From: Promethearchaeota archaeon
GTDB taxonomy: Archaea > Asgardarchaeota > Lokiarchaeia > Sigyniarchaeales > SOKP01
Length of the DNA stretch: 10,324 nucleotides
Assembly (NCBI GenBank): GCA_008080735.1
Contig: SHMW01000027.1
Span: forward strand, 35,250 to 45,573
Direction of reading: 5' to 3'
Below, piece after piece: positions 5,581-10,324 of the stretch. Each line of letters begins with the position of its first letter. Position 1 is the stretch's first letter. The notes below the pieces were generated by a model. It was not told where the DNA came from, did not search any database, and saw nothing but the letters and a program-made list of their open reading frames with translations. A program made the translations under genes and the position numbers.

Positions 5581-8500
5581 TTAGGTTTTAGAAACAGCTT
5601 CTTCAGTTTCTAACAAGCGTTTTGCTTCCTCTTCTAAATCTACGCTAAAAATATCTGTTATTCCGCTTTCTTGCATGGAAACGCCATATATCCTATCAGC
5701 ATTCACGATATTCTCTTCACGATGGCTGATGATAAGAAATTGGGCTTGTTCAGCGAATTCTTTTATTACCATTGATACGCGATGTACATTCGGGCCATCG
5801 AGAGCGGCATCAATCTCGTCCATTACGTAGAATGGCGCGGGATAGAACTCTTGGACGGCAAAGATGAAGGAGAGCGCTACGAGCGTTTTCTCACCCCCGC
5901 TAAGAATTTCCAGCGAAGCGATCTTCTTTCCTCGTGGTCGAGCCTCAATGCTTATCCCACCTTCAAATGGTTTATCGGGGCGGTCTAAAATCATTTTGGC
6001 TGAGCCCCCAGGAGAAAGCTTCTGGAAGATTTTGGAGAATTCTCTGTTAATTTCGTGATATGATTTCATGAACGTTTGAGTCTTTTCCAGTTCTATTTTC
6101 TCTATAGCGTCTAAAATTGATTTCCTTTCACGTTGGATGGTCTGTCTTCTCATATCAATCTCATCGAAGCGCTCCTTTACTGAATCATATTGTTTTATAG
6201 CTTTAAGATTCACGGGTTCAAGAGCTTCTTTCTTTTTAGTAGCACCTTTGATATCAGAGTGTAAATTTTCTTCTGAAATATCTTCTGTAAGATGTGGTAG
6301 AGCCCCATAATCTTTCGATCTCTGATAAAGAGTTTCAATTTGATCATTAGTCGCAATTTTTTTCGATTCTAAATTATTTAATTTTGATTGCTTCATTGAA
6401 AGGTCTGATTTCAGATCGGTATACATTTCTTGATATTTCTTTTGCTTATTCCACGATTCATCTTTCTCTTCCGTTAATTTATCAATCTCCTGTTGCTTTT
6501 GAGTTTTTTGTGTATTAACCTCTTGTAGATTCTCTTTGATTATATCGATTTTTTCATTCAAGTTAGTGATTTGGTCTTTAGTTTGAGAGATTTCCTTCGA
6601 GATGGACTCAATTCTGTCTGCTCTCTCTTTGCTACTTTTTAAATCATTTAATTTATTCTGAGCATCTTGAAGATTTTTATTTAGTGTATTTAAGTCTTTT
6701 TGGGCGTTTTTCTGAGCGTCAATTTCCTTATTTTTTTCGTCTCTTAATCCATTTACCTCTTCTTCGAAAGTTTCGACCGATTTTTGGATCTCTGAGATGT
6801 TTTCATTGAGTTCATCTATTTCTTTTTGATTTTGTTTAATTTTATTCTCAGAATCGAGATTTTCACTCTTAAGGTCCTCAATAGTATTAATTATTCTTTG
6901 AATATTCTCTAAAGAACGGAGTTTATCTAAAATAGACTCCAGTTTTTCATTCTTATCATCGATTTTATCCTGTAAATTTCCCGTTTCTTCCCAAAATCTT
7001 TCTTTTTCATTATTAAGATCTTCAATTTCCCCGTTAATACCCTTTTTTTTCTGTTCTAATGAGTTAATTTTGTTATTTATCTCAGAAATACTTTTTTTCT
7101 TATCATCAATTATGCTTTTTGACTTTTTTGTTGCCTCTTCAATGGCATCTATATTATCAAAAAGGGATTGAATATCTCGTAGATCTTGCAGTTTTGATTG
7201 TATTTTTTCCAGTTGTCTCTGTTTTTCATCAATCTTTTCTTGAATCTCAGAGATCTGATCCCAATGAGTTTCTTTAGATAATTTCAATTGATTTATTTTT
7301 TCTTCTAATTCCCTCTTTTCTTGTAATTTCTTTTCAATGACTTTATCCCTTTCTTGTTCTTCCGCTCTTAATTCTTGATTTTTCGTATTTAAATCATTAA
7401 TATTCTCTTTAACCTTGTCAAGTTTGCTCTTGGAAATTGATAAATCTTCCGAATCGTGTGATTTTTGGATCTGAAATTCTGAAATCTGTTTTTCTATATC
7501 ATTCAAATCATCTTCTTGACTTTTTATGTTATTAATGATTTCCTCTAGTTGTTTGTATAAATCCTGACTTTTTGAGACGGTAAGTTTTCTTAAAGAAATA
7601 TGCATATTTTCTAGGATCTCCATTAAATCTTGTACAAAATTATCAAAATTAGAGGTAGAATCTTGAACAGCTACATCGACAGAATCTTTAACTTTCGTTA
7701 TCAATTGTCCAATGGTTTCATCAGCATTATCCGTGAACAAAGATAAAGTTTGCATGATGGAATTTAGCATTTTATCCGTCTCCTCAGTTTCTTCCACTTC
7801 ACAGCTCACATCTTCAACAGTCTTCATCATATCGATTACATCTAATATGAATTTTTGAAAATCCTCGGCAGACATTTCAATTGCTTCGGCGTTTGATTGC
7901 TGTATATTACTTTTTATAGACTCGACGGAGATGTTTATATTCTGGGTGAGCATGTTCAAAATTTGTAAAATCCCTTCAATATCTTTTTTATCTTTTTGAT
8001 ATTCTTCCTCTGCACGATCTATCCTACTCTGTGTTTTTTGTTTCTCTGCTTTTAGTTCATTTAAACGCCTCAACACATTTTCTTTTCGTTTTATTAGGTT
8101 ATCGCGTTTTTTATCGATAGAAGAAATATTCTCTTTTAAGGATTGAATTCTCATAGAAAGATTTTTCTCTTCTCTTTCCGATTCTTTTAGATCTTTTTCA
8201 TAAAGATTTTCCCGAGTTTTAATATTACTTATTTTTGATTGATTATCATTAATTTCCGAGATGATTGACTCGAATTTCATCTGAAATAGTTCCAAGTTTT
8301 TCTCATTTTGTTGAAATTCAAAATTTCTGTTTTTTAATTCTTTACGTAATTTTTGAATTTTTTCCAATATTTGCTCTTTAGTTTGGTTTAATTCTTTTAA
8401 TGCAGCTTCAATATCTTTTCCCTTACTAAGAGATTCAATTTTAGATTTCATTTGCTTTTTTTTTTCTTGCAAATCTGTAATATTTTCATTATGCATTTTG

Positions 8501-10020
8501 ATCTCTGTGTTAATGGATGAAAGATTAGAATTAAAAGTGGATATCTTCGAATTAATCTGGTTAATCTCCTCTCTTTTTGAATCTATTTGATTCTCGAGTA
8601 ATCTTCGATTTTCGTTTTCTTTTGAAATCTGGTTTTTTAAGTTATCAATTTCCGACCGTAAATTTTCTTCTTCTTGTTTTTTTTTTTTTATGGCTTCCTG
8701 AATGCTTTCGGCATCGCCTTTAAGAGTATTTAATTCATTTTGTAATTTTTCTTTTTTTTCCAGATTTTTCTTTATACTATTCTGTAAATGTGTTATAGTT
8801 GATTCCTTAGAAGAGATTTGTTGTTTTAACTCCGATATATTAGCCTTTAGCTTACTCTTTTCTTTTTCCTTAGAATTGATTTTATTGTCAATTGCTGTTT
8901 GGTTCTGTTGTCGTTTGTCGATCTCTTGTTTCGCGGTCTCCAGTTTTGATTCAATCATTTCAATATTTTCTTCTGCCTTAGAGATTAACGATTCATAAGT
9001 CTGATCTTCCTCTAATTGTGTTTGCTGACTTTCTAGTTCAGTCTTTTCTGCGTTCAATTTTTTAAGCGATTTCTCTGCTAATTTTAACGTTGTTTCATTA
9101 GACGACAATTCTGTTTTAAGTTCTGTTATATGTTCATTAATCTCATCTCGTTCCTTTTCTTTCTGATTTATAGAGTTTTGTATATTTTCCATTACCAATG
9201 ATTCTTGTTCTACGATATCTTTTTGACGCCCTATTTTTTCCTCAAGTTCGTCAATCATCTTATTGGTTTCTTCAATTTGTGCTTCGATAGTCTCCTCTTC
9301 TTCTTTTAATTTTGAAATCTTTAACGCAATTAATTTGGATTTTAAGTTATTAATTTCTTGTTCCAGTTCTTTCCAGGCCAAGGCATCATTTTTTTCCTTT
9401 TCGACCTTTTTTAGTTGAGAAGAAACTTCCTTAAAAATTGCTTCAAACTGTCCCAAATCTCGCTCTGCTTTCTCTAACTCCTTCATAGTCTCTTCCTTCA
9501 TATCATCATATTTCTGAAGGCCGATTAATTCCTCTATAAATTCCCGCCTTTCAATTGTACCCATATGAGTTAATTCAACAATTTTTCCTTGCAATACAAA
9601 TTGATTGCTTCCATCTGGATCTATATTCGCTGATGCTAATGTATCAAGAATTTGCTGCCGTGTGGTAATCTTATCATTCATTTTATATTTATTTCCTTTA
9701 TTTCTTCTCACCACTCGTGTAATCTGAAATTCATCAGTCCCTCCTGGGAAAATTCCTTCTGAATTGTCAAAATATAATGTTACAGATGCCCTATTACCTT
9801 CTTTATGCCCTCTCGAGCCTGCGAAGATAAGATCCTCCAGTTTTTCTGCCCTCATTGTCTTTTTAGATAGTCTGCCAAGTGCAAAACATAGTGCATCAAT
9901 TATATTAGATTTTCCAGCACCATTGGGGCCGACTATACAAGTAAAGCCTGGAGAAAGCCTAACTGTGACGGTTCTATTCCCGAATGACTTAAACCCAGTC
10001 ATACTGATTCTTTTAATCAA
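5581..10020 (-). CDS. smc: Chromosome segregation SMC ATPase, atypical (1479 aa, no recognisable canonical hinge)
   Basis: GFKSF, Walker A GPNGAGKSN, R-loop MRA..LEDLIFAG, Q-loop VLQG, the PVNLKAI..Y motif typical of Smc proper, signature LSGGEK, Walker B/D-loop YVMDEIDAALD, H-loop IISH, long heptad arms. TTG start, with an in-frame stop 7 codons upstream. Confidence 0.95.
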   Translation of the reverse strand: MIKRISMTGFKSFGNRTVTVRLSPGFTCIVGPNGAGKSNIIDALCFALGRLSKKTMRAEKLEDLIFAGSRGHKEGNRASVTLYFDNSEGIFPGGTDEFQITRVVRRNKGNKYKMNDKITTRQQILDTLASANIDPDGSNQFVLQGKIVELTHMGTIERREFIEELIGLQKYDDMKEETMKELEKAERDLGQFEAIFKEVSSQLKKVEKEKNDALAWKELEQEINNLKSKLIALKISKLKEEEETIEAQIEETNKMIDELEEKIGRQKDIVEQESLVMENIQNSINQKEKERDEINEHITELKTELSSNETTLKLAEKSLKKLNAEKTELESQQTQLEEDQTYESLISKAEENIEMIESKLETAKQEIDKRQQNQTAIDNKINSKEKEKSKLKANISELKQQISSKESTITHLQNSIKKNLEKKEKLQNELNTLKGDAESIQEAIKKKKQEEENLRSEIDNLKNQISKENENRRLLENQIDSKREEINQINSKISTFNSNLSSINTEIKMHNENITDLQEKKKQMKSKIESLSKGKDIEAALKELNQTKEQILEKIQKLRKELKNRNFEFQQNEKNLELFQMKFESIISEINDNQSKISNIKTRENLYEKDLKESEREEKNLSMRIQSLKENISSIDKKRDNLIKRKENVLRRLNELKAEKQKTQSRIDRAEEEYQKDKKDIEGILQILNMLTQNINISVESIKSNIQQSNAEAIEMSAEDFQKFILDVIDMMKTVEDVSCEVEETEETDKMLNSIMQTLSLFTDNADETIGQLITKVKDSVDVAVQDSTSNFDNFVQDLMEILENMHISLRKLTVSKSQDLYKQLEEIINNIKSQEDDLNDIEKQISEFQIQKSHDSEDLSISKSKLDKVKENINDLNTKNQELRAEEQERDKVIEKKLQEKRELEEKINQLKLSKETHWDQISEIQEKIDEKQRQLEKIQSKLQDLRDIQSLFDNIDAIEEATKKSKSIIDDKKKSISEINNKINSLEQKKKGINGEIEDLNNEKERFWEETGNLQDKIDDKNEKLESILDKLRSLENIQRIINTIEDLKSENLDSENKIKQNQKEIDELNENISEIQKSVETFEEEVNGLRDEKNKEIDAQKNAQKDLNTLNKNLQDAQNKLNDLKSSKERADRIESISKEISQTKDQITNLNEKIDIIKENLQEVNTQKTQKQQEIDKLTEEKDESWNKQKKYQEMYTDLKSDLSMKQSKLNNLESKKIATNDQIETLYQRSKDYGALPHLTEDISEENLHSDIKGATKKKEALEPVNLKAIKQYDSVKERFDEIDMRRQTIQRERKSILDAIEKIELEKTQTFMKSYHEINREFSKIFQKLSPGGSAKMILDRPDKPFEGGISIEARPRGKKIASLEILSGGEKTLVALSFIFAVQEFYPAPFYVMDEIDAALDGPNVHRVSMVIKEFAEQAQFLIISHREENIVNADRIYGVSMQESGITDIFSVDLEEEAKRLLETEEAVSKT
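6361..7329 (-). repeat. Exact 90-aa-period repeats in the SMC C-terminal arm strand (~4 copies)
   Basis: Trp at aa 920, 1010 and 1190 (CCA at nt 7261, 6991, 6451), with Ile at the in-phase position 1100. Example matches: INQLKLSKETHWDQ / IEDLNNEKERFWEE / VNGLRDEKNKEIDA / IDKLTEEKDESWNK, each followed by an in-register KL..L. Confidence 0.8.
7603..7980 (-). repeat. Two-copy, 71-aa-period helical repeat at the SMC apex (aa 681-806)
   Basis: Ungapped alignment of IEGILQILNMLTQNINISVESIKSNIQQSNAEAIEMSAEDFQKFILDVIDMMKTV with LNSIMQTLSLFTDNADETIGQLITKVKDSVDVAVQDSTSNFDNFVQDLMEILENM gives 11/55 identities by hand count and a conserved hydrophobic pattern. Confidence 0.75.
8137..9183 (-). repeat. ~97-98-aa tandem repeats in the SMC N-terminal arm strand (3 clear copies plus 1 partial)
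   Basis: An (L/I)S(S/N) anchor recurs at aa 305, 402, 500 and 597. Example matches: INQKEKERDEINEHITELKTELSS / INSKEKEKSKLKANISELKQQISS / IDSKREEINQINSKISTFNSNLSS. Confidence 0.7.
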
Positions 10021-10030
10021 ACTTTTCCCG

Positions 10031-10040
10031 TCCCTCCCTT
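10031..10040 (-). promoter_or_regulatory. SD-like AAGGGAGGGA upstream of the smc TTG start
   Basis: Purine-rich GGAGG core 12 nt before the TTG at 10020, in an otherwise AT-rich intergenic region. Confidence 0.45.
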
Positions 10041-10216
10041 ACTAGTTACCAATTATCAATTTTTTTCGCTAAATTCTCTTTTTTCTTCTCTTTTATTGTC
10101 AATGAGATTAGATTTACTAAATTAGACCCAATTAACTGATGAAAATGACATACTAAAATCTTTAATTAACCCTCTCATCGAAATAGTCTCAATTCTAATT
10201 ATTGATCGCAATTAGA

Positions 10217-10324
10217 CTACTCATTTAAGTCAATTATTTTATACTTCTGTTTATACGCTCCCTTATGACAATTGACGCATAAATAGCATCCCGAGTCTTC
10301 CTCAAATACGAGATCCTCCTCTTT
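10217..10324 (-). CDS. 3' end of a small Cys-rich (probable zinc-finger/ribbon) protein, 5'-partial
   Basis: Hand translation from the window edge: KEEDLVFEEDSGCYLCVNCHKGAYKQKYKIIDLNE*, with stop TAG at 10217-10219. It contains CxxCxxCH and is co-oriented with smc. Confidence 0.55.
   Translation of the reverse strand, partial: KEEDLVFEEDSGCYLCVNCHKGAYKQKYKIIDLNE

Noticed and set aside
5782-6058. Two short + strand ORFs (68 and 64 aa)
   Set aside because: Antisense to the conserved SMC C-head. Local high GC explains the lack of stops.
8702-8998. 98-aa + strand ORF
   Set aside because: Antisense shadow of the SMC coiled coil.
5581-10020. Rad50/SbcC or Wadjet (JetC/MksB) identity for the SMC-like gene
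   Set aside because: There is no CxxC hook, and no Mre11 or JetD/Toprim gene in the window. The PVNLKAI and DEIDAALD motifs and the ScpA/ScpB partners point to Smc proper.
9764-10045. 93-aa + strand ORF
   Set aside because: Antisense to the SMC Walker A region.
10265-10279. CxxCH as a c-type heme-binding motif
   Set aside because: Only a fragment is visible and there is no export-signal evidence. The extra upstream Cys and acidic context fit a zinc knuckle at least as well.
1-10324. CRISPR array, tRNA or rRNA
   Set aside because: The window is almost fully protein-coding. The intergenic gaps are short and show no repeat-spacer or cloverleaf pattern.

Overview
AT-rich archaeal window, probably Asgard/Lokiarchaeia-like. 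That lineage call is inferred from protein style and composition and is not verified. It holds a condensin-type smc-scpA-scpB set on the - strand. A 1080-aa gene on the + strand sits between smc and scpA and encodes two complete cobalamin-binding/radical-SAM modules in tandem. The left edge has the 3' part of a GT2 (DPM-synthase-like) glycosyltransferase that seems to have lost its DxD segment in-frame. The right edge has the 3' end of a small Cys-rich ORF. The main anomaly is the 1479-aa SMC. Its ATPase head motifs are intact, but I find neither a canonical alpha/beta hinge nor a Rad50 zinc hook. The apex is instead a 71-aa-period tandem duplication of a helical unit, and the arms are lengthened by matched ~97-aa (N-strand) and exact 90-aa (C-strand) repeats. 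The kleisin also carries an extra N-terminal Rho_N/SAP-like helix-extended-helix module. Together these suggest a non-canonical, long-armed SMC-kleisin-KITE complex with a replaced hinge.
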